The notes under the pieces: generated by a model
The model's input: the letters and a program-made list of their open reading frames with translations, nothing else
Databases searched by the model: none
What the model was told of the DNA's origin: nothing
Made by a program: the position numbers and the translations under genes
DNA from: a virus
Taxonomy: Duplodnaviria; Heunggongvirae; Uroviricota; Caudoviricetes
Length of the DNA stretch: 64,000 nucleotides
Reading direction: 5' to 3' (one strand)
Virus record (IMG/VR): IMGVR_UViG_3300015360_001243
Coordinates: 49,999 to 113,998 of that record
Shown: positions 45,437-53,913 of the stretch, piece after piece
Numbering within the stretch: the stretch's first letter is position 1
Layout: every line of letters begins with the position of its first letter

Positions 45437-46810
45437 ATGGCAATCAAACTTATTATTAGTGATTTTGATGGGGTTCTCCTCGATTTAAAAGAAATTCATT
45501 TCGAATCTCTTAATAGGGCTTTAAAGCCCGTTGGGGAGAGATTTGTCATTACCCCTGAAGAGCATGTCAAGACTTTTGACGGCCTTTCCACTAAACGTAA
45601 GCTAAAGTTATTATCTAAAATTAAAGGATTCCCTGCCGATCAAGCGGATACCGTTAATACACTAAAACAGAAGTTTACTGTTGATTTAATCAATGATTTT
45701 TCTAAAATCAATTATGATATTGTCAACGTAATCACCGTCCTCAAAAATGAAGGTTATTTGTTTTATGTGGCTTCCAATGCCATTCGAGCAACTATTGAGC
45801 TAGGTCTTAAAAAGCTAGGGATTGAAAATTTGGTTGATAGAGTTTACTCCAATCAAGATGTAAAAAACTCTAAACCTAATGCTGAAATCTATTTGGCCTG
45901 CATGGCTGACGCTGGAGTCAATCCAAATGAGACGGTCATCATTGAGGACTCCAAGCATGGTCGTGAGGCCGCCGTCCTCTCAGGCGCTCATGTTTGCGGC
46001 GTAGACCATAGCTTTAATTTCACCTTAGATCGAATCAAAGAGACTATTGCTCGGGCCAAACCACCAGTCATTCGTTGGGCGGGCAAGTCTGATTTGAATG
46101 TTTTGATTCCAATGGCCGGCGCTGGCTCACGCTTCGCCAAGGTAGGATACAAACTTCCTAAGCCATTAATTGAGGTTAATGGAAAACCAATGATTCAACG
46201 AGTCATTGATAATCTAAACATGGATGCTAACTATACCTTTATAGTTCAGAAGTCTTTATATGAGAATCATAATCTAAGAACTATTCTTCCTTTGATCGTG
46301 CCGGGCTGTAAAGTTATTCAGACCATGGGGTTGACAGAAGGCGCTGCATGCACTACATTACTGGCAAAAGAGTACATCGATAATAAGAAACATCTTCTAA
46401 TTGCCAACTGTGATCAGTTGGTTGAATGGAACAGTTGTGACTTTATGTATTCTATGCTATCTGATGACGCAGATGGTGGTATCCTAACTTTTGAGGATTC
46501 TAATCCAAAATGGAGTTATGTTCGTCTTGGGCCTGACGGTTACGCTTGCGAGGTAGCTGAGAAGAAGGTTATCAGTAATGAAGCCACTGTAGGTATTTAT
46601 TACTGGAAGCACGGTTCCGACTACGTTAGATTAGCGGAGCAAATGATTGCTAAGAATATTAGAGTCAACAACGAATTTTATGTTTGCCCAGTTTACAATG
46701 AAGCGTTTGCTGAACAAATGCGTGTTAAAATCTTCCGCTCCGATAAGATGTGGGGACTTGGCACTCCTGAAGATCTAGATGAATATCTGTTGCATAAAAA
46801 AGAAGAATAA
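45437..46810 (+). CDS. bifunctional HAD-phosphatase / sugar-phosphate nucleotidyltransferase
   Basis: N-terminal HAD motifs IISDFDGVLLD and the IIEDSKHG region. C-terminal NTP-transferase signature NVLIPMAGAGSRF..LPKPLIEVNGKPMI. Confidence 0.65.
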   Translation: MAIKLIISDFDGVLLDLKEIHFESLNRALKPVGERFVITPEEHVKTFDGLSTKRKLKLLSKIKGFPADQADTVNTLKQKFTVDLINDFSKINYDIVNVITVLKNEGYLFYVASNAIRATIELGLKKLGIENLVDRVYSNQDVKNSKPNAEIYLACMADAGVNPNETVIIEDSKHGREAAVLSGAHVCGVDHSFNFTLDRIKETIARAKPPVIRWAGKSDLNVLIPMAGAGSRFAKVGYKLPKPLIEVNGKPMIQRVIDNLNMDANYTFIVQKSLYENHNLRTILPLIVPGCKVIQTMGLTEGAACTTLLAKEYIDNKKHLLIANCDQLVEWNSCDFMYSMLSDDADGGILTFEDSNPKWSYVRLGPDGYACEVAEKKVISNEATVGIYYWKHGSDYVRLAEQMIAKNIRVNNEFYVCPVYNEAFAEQMRVKIFRSDKMWGLGTPEDLDEYLLHKKEE

Positions 46811-46943
46811 TGCCACCAGATATAATCGAACAAATTCTAAGCGGATTTGCCGCCTTTGGTGTAATGTGTATTATTTTAGTTCTACTATGCTTTATTCATA
46901 TTATAGATGAACATACTAAGAAGTAAGTTATATTAAGTAAAAC

Positions 46944-47735
46944 ATGTCTAATATAAAGCTCAAAGATAGAATGATCTCTTATCGGGATAATTCTGACCAC
47001 AAATTAATGGCCCGAGTCCCGTTGGTTATCACCATCAATGGTCGCGCTTTTGCCAAAGGCAGCGAGCTTTTAGACAAACCATATGATTCGAAATTCTCGG
47101 AATGTATCCTATCTACTACTTTAAAACTTTGTAATGAGATTGAGGGTGCGCTCTTTGGATACCAGCACAATGATGAGATCGTTATCATTGCTCGTAATGA
47201 TCAAAGTCCAGACACTAGCCCCTGGTATGACAATAGGGTTCAAAAGATTTGCTCTGTTACTTCTTCGATTGCTACGATGCATTTTAATAGTTGTGCCAAT
47301 GCAATTGAATTGAATATGATTTCGGAGCCAATCTTTACTTCACAGGTATATACACTCCCTAATATTGCTGAGGCCGTCAATGCAATGATTTTCAAACAGC
47401 AACAGAATTTTCATACATCTGTGCAGTTTGCTTGTTTTTATGAACTTCTTGCCAAGAAGTTTGACAAGCATCATATTAAAGAGATGTTAAATGGGTTAAG
47501 CGTGGATGAGAAAATTGATTTGTTAGACCAAGAATGTAGAATCAACTTTAACGAATACCCAATGGCTTTTAAGCGCGGAGTAGCTTGCTACAAAGTACCT
47601 AAGGTAACAAATGGTGTAGTGAAGAACAAATGGATGCTTAATCCTGATTTACCAATTTTCACTAAGGATCAATCATTCTTATCTAATATCTTTAAGAATG
47701 GCGCGGATATTTTTAGACAAGAGAGTATTGAATGA
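46944..47735 (+). CDS. hypothetical protein
   Basis: ORF. Confidence 0.45.
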   Translation: MSNIKLKDRMISYRDNSDHKLMARVPLVITINGRAFAKGSELLDKPYDSKFSECILSTTLKLCNEIEGALFGYQHNDEIVIIARNDQSPDTSPWYDNRVQKICSVTSSIATMHFNSCANAIELNMISEPIFTSQVYTLPNIAEAVNAMIFKQQQNFHTSVQFACFYELLAKKFDKHHIKEMLNGLSVDEKIDLLDQECRINFNEYPMAFKRGVACYKVPKVTNGVVKNKWMLNPDLPIFTKDQSFLSNIFKNGADIFRQESIE

Positions 47736-48127
47736 AACTTATGGGTTCGATTATAATGTATAGTGGAATGCCAGTTCCTTCAACTGAATTAGATGAGGAG
47801 ACTGGCAAGGAAATTGCTACCAAGCTTTTTCACTTAGAAGAAAGGGCCGAGAACATTCCGAACTTTAAATTAGGGTTTCGTGGTTATTCTCTTTTGTGGA
47901 TTCCTACTGAAGAAGGGATGCCTTACGTTCAGGTTCAGGTCCATGAAGGGGTCGTAGAGATTTCTTGCTTTGGCGTTAGATCTGCTTACAAAGATACAGT
48001 TGGATTTGAAGAATATGTTAAGGAAAAATTAGCCCCTTGTCTTAAACAACATCAAGAGGAAGCTGCAAAAGCTATGAATACTCTCTATGAAGAACTGTCT
48101 AGAATTTCCCAACAAGAAAAGATATAA
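47732..48127 (+). CDS. hypothetical protein
   Basis: ORF with an ATGA overlap. Confidence 0.4.
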   Translation: MKLMGSIIMYSGMPVPSTELDEETGKEIATKLFHLEERAENIPNFKLGFRGYSLLWIPTEEGMPYVQVQVHEGVVEISCFGVRSAYKDTVGFEEYVKEKLAPCLKQHQEEAAKAMNTLYEELSRISQQEKI

Positions 48128-48250
48128 TACTCAAAGAGATGCCGAAACAGCAATTTTATTGCTTGACAAGCGGGATCTCAGGGCTTACAAATGTGGTTCC
48201 TGCCGAGGATGGCATCTAACATCATCCAGTAATTAAATAAATTTTTCATG

Positions 48251-48278
48251 TTGACACCTGGGAATATTGAGTTATATT
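48251..48278 (+). promoter_or_regulatory. sigma70-like early promoter driving the Thr tRNA array
   Basis: TTGACA (48251-48256), a 16-nt spacer and TATATT (48273-48278), with an AT-rich UP-like stretch upstream. The first tRNA starts 14 nt downstream. Confidence 0.65.
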
Positions 48279-48291
48279 CCTACGTACTTAA

Positions 48292-48365
48292 GCTAGTTTC
48301 GTATAGTGGCATTACGGCGCCTTTGTAACGCGCTCACGACAGTTCAATTCTGTCAACTAGCTCCA
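48292..48365 (+). tRNA. tRNA-Thr (anticodon TGT), CCA encoded
   Basis: Acceptor stem GCTAGTT/AACTAGC. The anticodon loop is TTTGTAA. The T arm is GACAG-TTCAATT-CTGTC. The D stem is shifted (CGTA/TACG). Confidence 0.6.
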
Positions 48366-48368
48366 TAA

Positions 48369-48442
48369 GCTGATGTAGTATAATGGTATTACCCGTCTTT
48401 GGTAAAGACGAAAATCGAGTTCGATCCTCGACCTCAGCTCCA
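48369..48442 (+). tRNA. tRNA-Thr (anticodon GGT), CCA encoded
   Basis: The acceptor stem GCTGATG/CCTCAGC has one mismatch. The anticodon stem is CGTCT/AGACG with loop TTGGTAA. The T arm is TCGAG-TTCGATC-CTCGA. Confidence 0.65.
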
Positions 48443-48515
48443 AGCCCACCAATAAACTTCGATTGTTCAAAAGAGTGGTGTTGCGCAAGCATAAAGGTCC
48501 AAGAAACAATCATAA

Positions 48516-48590
48516 GCCCGTGTAGTTCAGTGATAGAATCCCTCACTAGTAACGAGGTTGTCGGTGGTTTGATTCCACTCGCGGGCTCCA
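48516..48590 (+). tRNA. tRNA-Thr (anticodon AGT), CCA encoded
   Basis: Acceptor stem GCCCGTG/CGCGGGC. D stem GTTC/GAAT. The anticodon loop is CTAGTAA. The T arm is GGTGG-TTTGATT-CCACT. Confidence 0.65.
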
Positions 48591-48680
48591 GTCATTAACC
48601 CACTATTCAACTGCAATGCTTATGAAGGTTTGCTAAAGCGGCGGGGTATGACCATAGGAACTAAACAGCCTTCAAATCAC

Positions 48681-48754
48681 GCCCATATCATATAGTGGAA
48701 TTATGTCGCCTTCGTAACGCGATCACGTCAGTTCGATTCTGACTTTGGGCTCCA
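48681..48754 (+). tRNA. tRNA-Thr (anticodon CGT), CCA encoded
   Basis: The acceptor stem GCCCATA/TTTGGGC has one mismatch. D stem CATA/TATG. The anticodon loop is TTCGTAA. The T arm is GTCAG-TTCGATT-CTGAC. Confidence 0.6.
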
Positions 48755-48755
48755 C

Positions 48756-48998
48756 ATGATTGAATGTATTGTTTGTGCTACATTAGATTGTACAATTATT
48801 CATACCGCAGATGAGATTTCAAAATCTGTTCCCAAAAAATGTTATGTTTGTAGGGCGCTGGCCATTAATGCATTCTGTGAAAAACTTCACACTATTGAAG
48901 AAATTAAAAATCCTCCAATATCTACCACAGAAGAAATGAGTATAGCCTTGCGAGTTTGTATTGCCTATGCGAAATTATCAGAGAATGAAAATGGCTAA
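48756..48998 (+). CDS. hypothetical small Cys-containing protein
   Basis: ORF starting 2 nt after the Thr tRNA. Confidence 0.35.
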   Translation: MIECIVCATLDCTIIHTADEISKSVPKKCYVCRALAINAFCEKLHTIEEIKNPPISTTEEMSIALRVCIAYAKLSENENG

Positions 48999-49179
48999 GG
49001 CAGATCAAGAAGCTTTCAATATTATTGTCGCATTAGTTAATAAGGGGCAAGTAATTCAGATTGAACAAAAATTCGGCGGAGTTGAGGTCACAGTGTGGCC
49101 CAATCAACACGATCAATTAAACCATTCACATTATCAAGGAGCAACGTTACTAGAAGCGATTTCAAAGTTAGAAGTTTAA
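48961..49179 (+). CDS. hypothetical small protein
   Basis: ORF ending 2 nt before the tmRNA. Confidence 0.35.
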   Translation: MPMRNYQRMKMAKADQEAFNIIVALVNKGQVIQIEQKFGGVEVTVWPNQHDQLNHSHYQGATLLEAISKLEV

Positions 49180-49180
49180 T

Positions 49181-49532
49181 GGGGATGTCCTGGTTTCGAC
49201 AGGGTGGACCTTTATTGAAATGATACAAGCAAGAGATGATTGCAGCTCTTTAAGCAGTCAACGTATAAATGCAAACGATAACGCATTTGCTCCATTAGCA
49301 CTAGCTGCTTGATGGATGTCCTTTGATAAGATAGTTTTAGTAATCAAAAGGATATAAACCACCAAAACTAGTTCCGCATTGTTCGACGAGTAGCGGATAC
49401 GAAATAAACAGGGATAGCAGAGAGGGCGAATTACTCTCAGAGTTGTCAGTGACTCTAATACTGACTAAGCTTGTGAATGAGTTTTTCTAAACAAAATCTT
49501 GGACAGGGGTTCGACTCCCCTCATCTCCACCA
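49181..49532 (+). ncRNA. ssrA: tmRNA (ssrA), tag peptide (A)ANDNAFAPLALAA
   Basis: The 5' end GGGGATGTCCTGGTTTCGACAGGG resembles E. coli GGGGCUGAUUCUGGAUUCGACGGG. The internal ORF GCA AAC GAT AAC GCA TTT GCT CCA TTA GCA CTA GCT GCT TGA encodes the tag. The 3' T arm is AGGGG-TTCGACT-CCCCT, and the acceptor CATCTCC-A-CCA pairs with the 5' GGGGATG. Confidence 0.85.
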
Positions 49533-49533
49533 C

Positions 49534-49893
49534 ATGAATAAAGTATATGCTGTTGGTTGCCTTCAACTTGATGAAGCGCCTAATGCCAAGCGCATCATTA
49601 AAGAAGATCGGCTTTGGCATTTGTATGCCAAATTTGAAGACGCTGAGAAATGCGTTCTAAACAATAGTGGAGATCTTTTTGAATGCAATTTCAATTACGC
49701 CCTCATTGAGGAAACGTATGTAATTGACCCTAGCGATCCGCCTAAAGAAGGCGAGCTATTAGCCATACCACGTGAGTGGTGGTACTTTGCCGACCATACT
49801 AAAGGTAATGAAGAAAATCTTTTTGAGCCCGAAATTAGTGCTTGCGAAAAGCCTAAATGCTTAGAGAATTGCGTCTATTTTTGGATTGGTTGA
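49534..49893 (+). CDS. hypothetical protein
   Basis: The ATG lies 2 nt after the tmRNA CCA. The longer ORF from 49477 would overlap the tmRNA. Confidence 0.45.
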   Translation: MNKVYAVGCLQLDEAPNAKRIIKEDRLWHLYAKFEDAEKCVLNNSGDLFECNFNYALIEETYVIDPSDPPKEGELLAIPREWWYFADHTKGNEENLFEPEISACEKPKCLENCVYFWIG

Positions 49894-50574
49894 TTATTTC
49901 TTAAACCACTTGGTAATGTAATCAAGTGGGCTTGTAAAAATTGGTGAAGAAGGTAATGGCTTCTTATCTGATGGAACCGGAATGTTAACATTAGGGTCTG
50001 TTGGAAGGGTTGGCTCGGTGATAACTAATCCGGCCACTGCCGTTTCGTAAGTAGTATCCTTCATAAACTTTTTGAAATAAACATTCATAAGCTTAATATA
50101 ATCAGACTCAGGGGCAGTATAATAACCTGCTACTTTAAGTAAATGAGCAAAGTCTGCTGGTTTACCAGCTTCTACGGCGCTCCAAGATTTTTTGTAACGA
50201 TGATTTCTAAGGAAATCTAAATGATGAGCAACACCGTCCCCAAGAGTTGGGAAGGAGCGGAACCAAGTTGCTGGGTGTGGCGGTTGAAAAGTAATTCTCT
50301 GGCCATTGACAATTACCCAAACATTGGCTAACATCATGTATTCCTTGCCGTCATCAATGTTGCCTCCATTGGCCACGAACTTTACGTTGCCAATATTATT
50401 GTTCCACATTGAAACTGTCCCACCAGTTTCTAATGCATTTTGAGCATAAAGAACTCCGATTGATTCCTTCTTAGGAATTTCATCAAATTTCTTATACCAT
50501 CCTTGGACTAAACCAAAGATCAATTCATTAAGGGTATACTTAGTTCTAACTGTTGGTACTAACTTTGCTGCCAT
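49894..50574 (-). CDS. peptidoglycan hydrolase, GH73 glucosaminidase-like domain
   Basis: LYAQNALETGGTVSMWNNNIGNVKF matches FlgJ/GH73 AQAALESGWG...NNLFGIK. Confidence 0.6.
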   Translation of the reverse strand: MAAKLVPTVRTKYTLNELIFGLVQGWYKKFDEIPKKESIGVLYAQNALETGGTVSMWNNNIGNVKFVANGGNIDDGKEYMMLANVWVIVNGQRITFQPPHPATWFRSFPTLGDGVAHHLDFLRNHRYKKSWSAVEAGKPADFAHLLKVAGYYTAPESDYIKLMNVYFKKFMKDTTYETAVAGLVITEPTLPTDPNVNIPVPSDKKPLPSSPIFTSPLDYITKWFKK

Positions 50575-50617
50575 ATCTATCTCCTAAATAAATACCTCAA
50601 TATTAGACTATTCTACT

Positions 50618-51115
50618 ATGAAATGGCCCCTTGTAAATAAAGAAATCTCCCTGGTCCCTGAAGGATCAGTTGGAGATTTTGCTTTTCGCCGCTCTTTTTA
50701 CTACCATCCGGGGATTGACATTTATTGTCCAGAATATACAATTGTTCAGTCTATCGAAGCCGGCGCTGTAGTTCATTTTGAGAATTTCACTGGGCCAAAT
50801 GCCAATCCACCTAGTCCCTGGTGGAATGAAACCTTCTCCGTCATGGTTGAGGGCAAAAGCGGCGTCATTGGCTATTGCGAGTTAATGTATGATGCCAGGC
50901 TAACTGTAGGAACTCAGATTCGAGCTGGAGAGATTATTGGAGCTATTGTTCCTGTTCTGAAAAAGGATAAGGGTAATGGAACCACGATGCTCCACCTGGA
51001 ACACTACATTACTGGAACGAGAGAGCATGTGACCTGGGTGCTAGATACGCCTCAGCCGGCTCAATTATTGAACCCTAGATTTTTACTAGAGAAAATTATC
51101 AATGAGAACGTTTAA
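50618..51115 (+). CDS. M23-family metallopeptidase (lysostaphin-like peptidoglycan endopeptidase)
   Basis: YHPGIDIY (HxGxD) and MLHLEHY (HxH). Confidence 0.6.
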   Translation: MKWPLVNKEISLVPEGSVGDFAFRRSFYYHPGIDIYCPEYTIVQSIEAGAVVHFENFTGPNANPPSPWWNETFSVMVEGKSGVIGYCELMYDARLTVGTQIRAGEIIGAIVPVLKKDKGNGTTMLHLEHYITGTREHVTWVLDTPQPAQLLNPRFLLEKIINENV

Positions 51116-51701
51116 TTCACTACAAGAGTTTATTGATTACGTTCCTAATTGCTTGATTTGTAATAAAGAATTGATAGTTTCTCTTTCTAGCACACTTCAT
51201 TCGGTGGAAGGTAAGCACAAACGGTGGGCAAGTGGGCGAGAGGCTTTAAATGTTAGATTTGAGAAAAAAGAGGGACTTCTTCACTCTAAACATAAGTCTT
51301 ATAAAATCTCTATTAAATTAGATGATAATTCCATTTTAGAAGGTGGCGAAGTAATGAGCAGAATAACTTCTGACTCAACTTTTGTTAGAAAGAACTGCCC
51401 GACGTGTCATTTGAAAATTGCAACAGTTTGTTCTGGCTCTGATTTGAAAAAAGGAAAAAGATTTTCGGACTTGACATTACGATCCGAAGAGCTACATTTC
51501 ACAATGAAAGGTGGAAAAGACCTTAGCGTTGAAAAACAATATCCTGCGTATGGAAACCCTCCTTGGGATACTGTAGATGGGGATACAGCCAATATTAGGT
51601 TGAATCACAAATTCCTTCCTCCTGTTCCTTTTGATTTCAATAAATTCAATAGTTTTGAACAGCTAATCAGACGAATTCAGACAATCGTACTATTCCACTA
51701 A
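51102..51701 (+). CDS. hypothetical protein
   Basis: ORF. Confidence 0.45.
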   Translation: MRTFNSLQEFIDYVPNCLICNKELIVSLSSTLHSVEGKHKRWASGREALNVRFEKKEGLLHSKHKSYKISIKLDDNSILEGGEVMSRITSDSTFVRKNCPTCHLKIATVCSGSDLKKGKRFSDLTLRSEELHFTMKGGKDLSVEKQYPAYGNPPWDTVDGDTANIRLNHKFLPPVPFDFNKFNSFEQLIRRIQTIVLFH

Positions 51702-51801
51702 TAACTGGATATATAAACAATCATGAAGCATCATTTCTAGGTCCGCTCCCGTGCACCTCCCTAACTAAACGATACGGTTTGTATTATTGTTTGTTTAATT
51801 T

Positions 51802-52191
51802 ATGGAGATGAAAATGAAAAACGCACTGAAGCACAATTATTCTAAGTTTATTTTGATTGGTAAAATCAAGGGCCTTGCTGTCGAATCAAGAGGCGCAAGA
51901 ACCCGTATTCTAAAAGCAAAAAAGGAAGAGGCCGTCTGGAATCTCGCCTCACGTAAACGTGTACTCGGAATTGATATCCGACATCACTTGTTAGCTTATG
52001 CCTTTTTGAAAGGCGTAGCGTATCGTCGAGTTGAGCGTTCTTGCGCCAAAGATAACCTTCCTAATGCAGCATCTATCTTCAAGATCATTGAAGCGCATGC
52101 TCCTAAGTGGACGCCCACTGTCGGCAGTTACAATCCAACGTTGGCTGATGTTAATGTTTGGCTTGCTTGGCCTGACCAGGAGGCACTCTAA
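51802..52191 (+). CDS. hypothetical protein
   Basis: ORF. Confidence 0.4.
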   Translation: MEMKMKNALKHNYSKFILIGKIKGLAVESRGARTRILKAKKEEAVWNLASRKRVLGIDIRHHLLAYAFLKGVAYRRVERSCAKDNLPNAASIFKIIEAHAPKWTPTVGSYNPTLADVNVWLAWPDQEAL

Positions 52192-52240
52192 CATGCTTTA
52201 GCTTCAACATACCCGAGGTTACCTTCAACTCGTCCAAGAC

Positions 52241-52804
52241 ATGCAATCCTGTCAACAATCGCAAGGACAGTCTGTTTATGAGCATGGTATCTCAGTTAAA
52301 GAACATATTTTTCAGTTGATTGATTATCTAAAGTCCGGACAAATCACAGGAGACTGGCGATTGCCCGATTGGCTTACAGAGTATCGTCAACAAATACTTG
52401 GCGTCCTACTGTCTTTGGATATCATTGAGGAATATACAACTTACCATGATTGTGGTAAGCCATATTGTAAGTCAATCGATGAGAATGGTAGAACTCATTT
52501 TCCTAACCATGCTGACGTGTCATATTCTACATGGTTGGGTGTTGGAGGCAGTTGTGAAGCTGCCAAGCTTATGAAGATGGATATGATGATTCATACCATG
52601 AAAGCTTGCGACATCGATGAGTTTATTGCTCATCCTGAAGCTTGTACTTTACTTCTAGCTGGGTTAGCTGAGATTCATGCCAACGCCAAGATGTTTGGGG
52701 GTATCGATTCCACCTCTTTTAAGATCAAATGGAATCAAATTAACAAGCGTGGAAAGGCCATTTGCCAAAAGTTATTTAGGAGTAACAATGTGTCTATAGA
52801 TTAA
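52241..52804 (+). CDS. HD-domain phosphohydrolase-like protein
   Basis: TYHDCGKPYC...HFPNHADVS looks like an H..HD.GK metal-binding arrangement. Confidence 0.45.
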   Translation: MQSCQQSQGQSVYEHGISVKEHIFQLIDYLKSGQITGDWRLPDWLTEYRQQILGVLLSLDIIEEYTTYHDCGKPYCKSIDENGRTHFPNHADVSYSTWLGVGGSCEAAKLMKMDMMIHTMKACDIDEFIAHPEACTLLLAGLAEIHANAKMFGGIDSTSFKIKWNQINKRGKAICQKLFRSNNVSID

Positions 52805-52823
52805 ATCCGGCGATAAGTTATAT

Positions 52824-53135
52824 GTGATTACGCGCGAAGATATTAGTGCGGGCTACCAAGGAGTGCAGAGCATTCATGCTGCAATTCAATTTGCCATGGA
52901 ACACCCTACCACTAATAAGGAATGGTTTGAGAAGTCTAACTACTTAGGCTTCTTATCTGTTCCTGACGAAGAGCAATTGATTGATTTGGTCGAGAAAGCC
53001 ACCTCTCTAGGTATTGAATGTTCAATCTTTAGAGAGCCTGATATTGATAATCAAATTACTGCAATTGCTATCGCGCCCGGTCTGAAAAGTAAGAAACTTT
53101 GTAGCAACTTAAAGCTGGCACTCAAAGAGCCATAA
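52824..53135 (+). CDS. peptidyl-tRNA hydrolase, PTH2 family
   Basis: VITREDISAGYQGVQSIHAAIQFA aligns with PTH2 [25 protein letters not shown]. C-terminal ITAIAIAPG (cf. VTVLGIGPG). Confidence 0.6.
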   Translation: MITREDISAGYQGVQSIHAAIQFAMEHPTTNKEWFEKSNYLGFLSVPDEEQLIDLVEKATSLGIECSIFREPDIDNQITAIAIAPGLKSKKLCSNLKLALKEP

Positions 53136-53158
53136 GGACACACAATGATACTACGAAA

Positions 53159-53479
53159 ATGAATAAACAAGAGCTTCTGCGTGAAATTACTGAATCAGTG
53201 CGCAGGAAGCACCCATGGAGAATTTCTCAGGATAAATACAAAGCCTTATTTGGTGAACTCCCAAGAGAATTTCTCGATGAAAGATTAGCTTATGATAACT
53301 TACTTGAAAAGGTAAAACAATTTAAAATATGTCAACTGATTTTATCAGAAGTGAAAGTGGAAATTAAACTATCAATAGATGAACTGATAACCTGGGAATT
53401 ATCATTAGATAAGTGGGAGGCCGTAAGGGCTCACAACATTGTTCCTGGAGATATCAAGAAGCTATTGAAGACTGAGTGA
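53159..53479 (+). CDS. hypothetical protein
   Basis: ORF. Confidence 0.4.
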   Translation: MNKQELLREITESVRRKHPWRISQDKYKALFGELPREFLDERLAYDNLLEKVKQFKICQLILSEVKVEIKLSIDELITWELSLDKWEAVRAHNIVPGDIKKLLKTE

Positions 53480-53484
53480 TTCTA

Positions 53485-53607
53485 AGAGCCGGTAGCTAAA
53501 TGAGGGTGAAAGCGGCATGCGAACGTGGCATGTGCAGTTAGTAGCTATAGACCAAGCACCAGTTATGATAAACTGGAGAATGTGCGGTGCGAATCCCACC
53601 CGGCTCT
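53485..53607 (+). other. intergenic structured element: an 8-bp long-range helix (AGAGCCGG / CCGGCTCT) enclosing internal hairpins and a T-loop-like GGTGCGAATCCCACC segment; not a canonical tRNA
   Basis: The terminal complementary 8-mers lie about 115 nt apart. There is an internal hairpin CCAGTT-ATGATA-AACTGG and a GCGAATCC T-loop-like motif. The region has no coding potential once the downstream CDS starts at 53623. Confidence 0.3.
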
Positions 53608-53622
53608 CCAAAGGTAATTAAT

Positions 53623-53913
53623 ATGTTGAAAAGTACTGCGACCTTAAAAGAAAGATTGACTGGCTGGCAAGACTGGGACGGGGCTTGCTATGCGGTCGGG
53701 GTGTGCTTAGGTTTCTGGCCAGACTATGGAGCCCCACCAGGCGAAGATGCCTGGCATGGCGTAAAAGGTATTATCTGGTCATCTAATCCACTAGGTGATT
53801 CCATTGCTCATTTTCTAGATGACTTGATTAAATCTGGAATGCTTGAACGAAGAGATGAACCAGATATTCAATTTCGCTGGAACCCCAATTATAAAGGACT
53901 CGACCGTGAGTAA
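53623..53913 (+). CDS. hypothetical protein
   Basis: The ATG sits within ORF 53587..53913. The upstream GTG portion overlaps the structured element. Confidence 0.4.
   Translation: MLKSTATLKERLTGWQDWDGACYAVGVCLGFWPDYGAPPGEDAWHGVKGIIWSSNPLGDSIAHFLDDLIKSGMLERRDEPDIQFRWNPNYKGLDRE

Noticed and set aside
48128-48250. Possible terminator hairpins downstream of 47732-48127 (AGCAAT-TTT-ATTGCT; TGCC-GAGGA-TGGCA)
   Set aside because: The stems are short with no following T-tract, so this is not convincing as an intrinsic terminator. The region is better explained as promoter upstream sequence for the Thr tRNA array.
48334-48598. Two overlapping 60-70 aa ORFs (48334-48546 minus, 48383-48598 plus)
   Set aside because: They lie entirely within the Thr tRNA array and its spacers, so they are artefacts of reading through the tRNA genes.
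49477-49533. The 5' 19 codons of ORF 49477-49893
   Set aside because: They overlap the 3' end of the tmRNA (acceptor stem and CCA). The CDS is started at the ATG at 49534.
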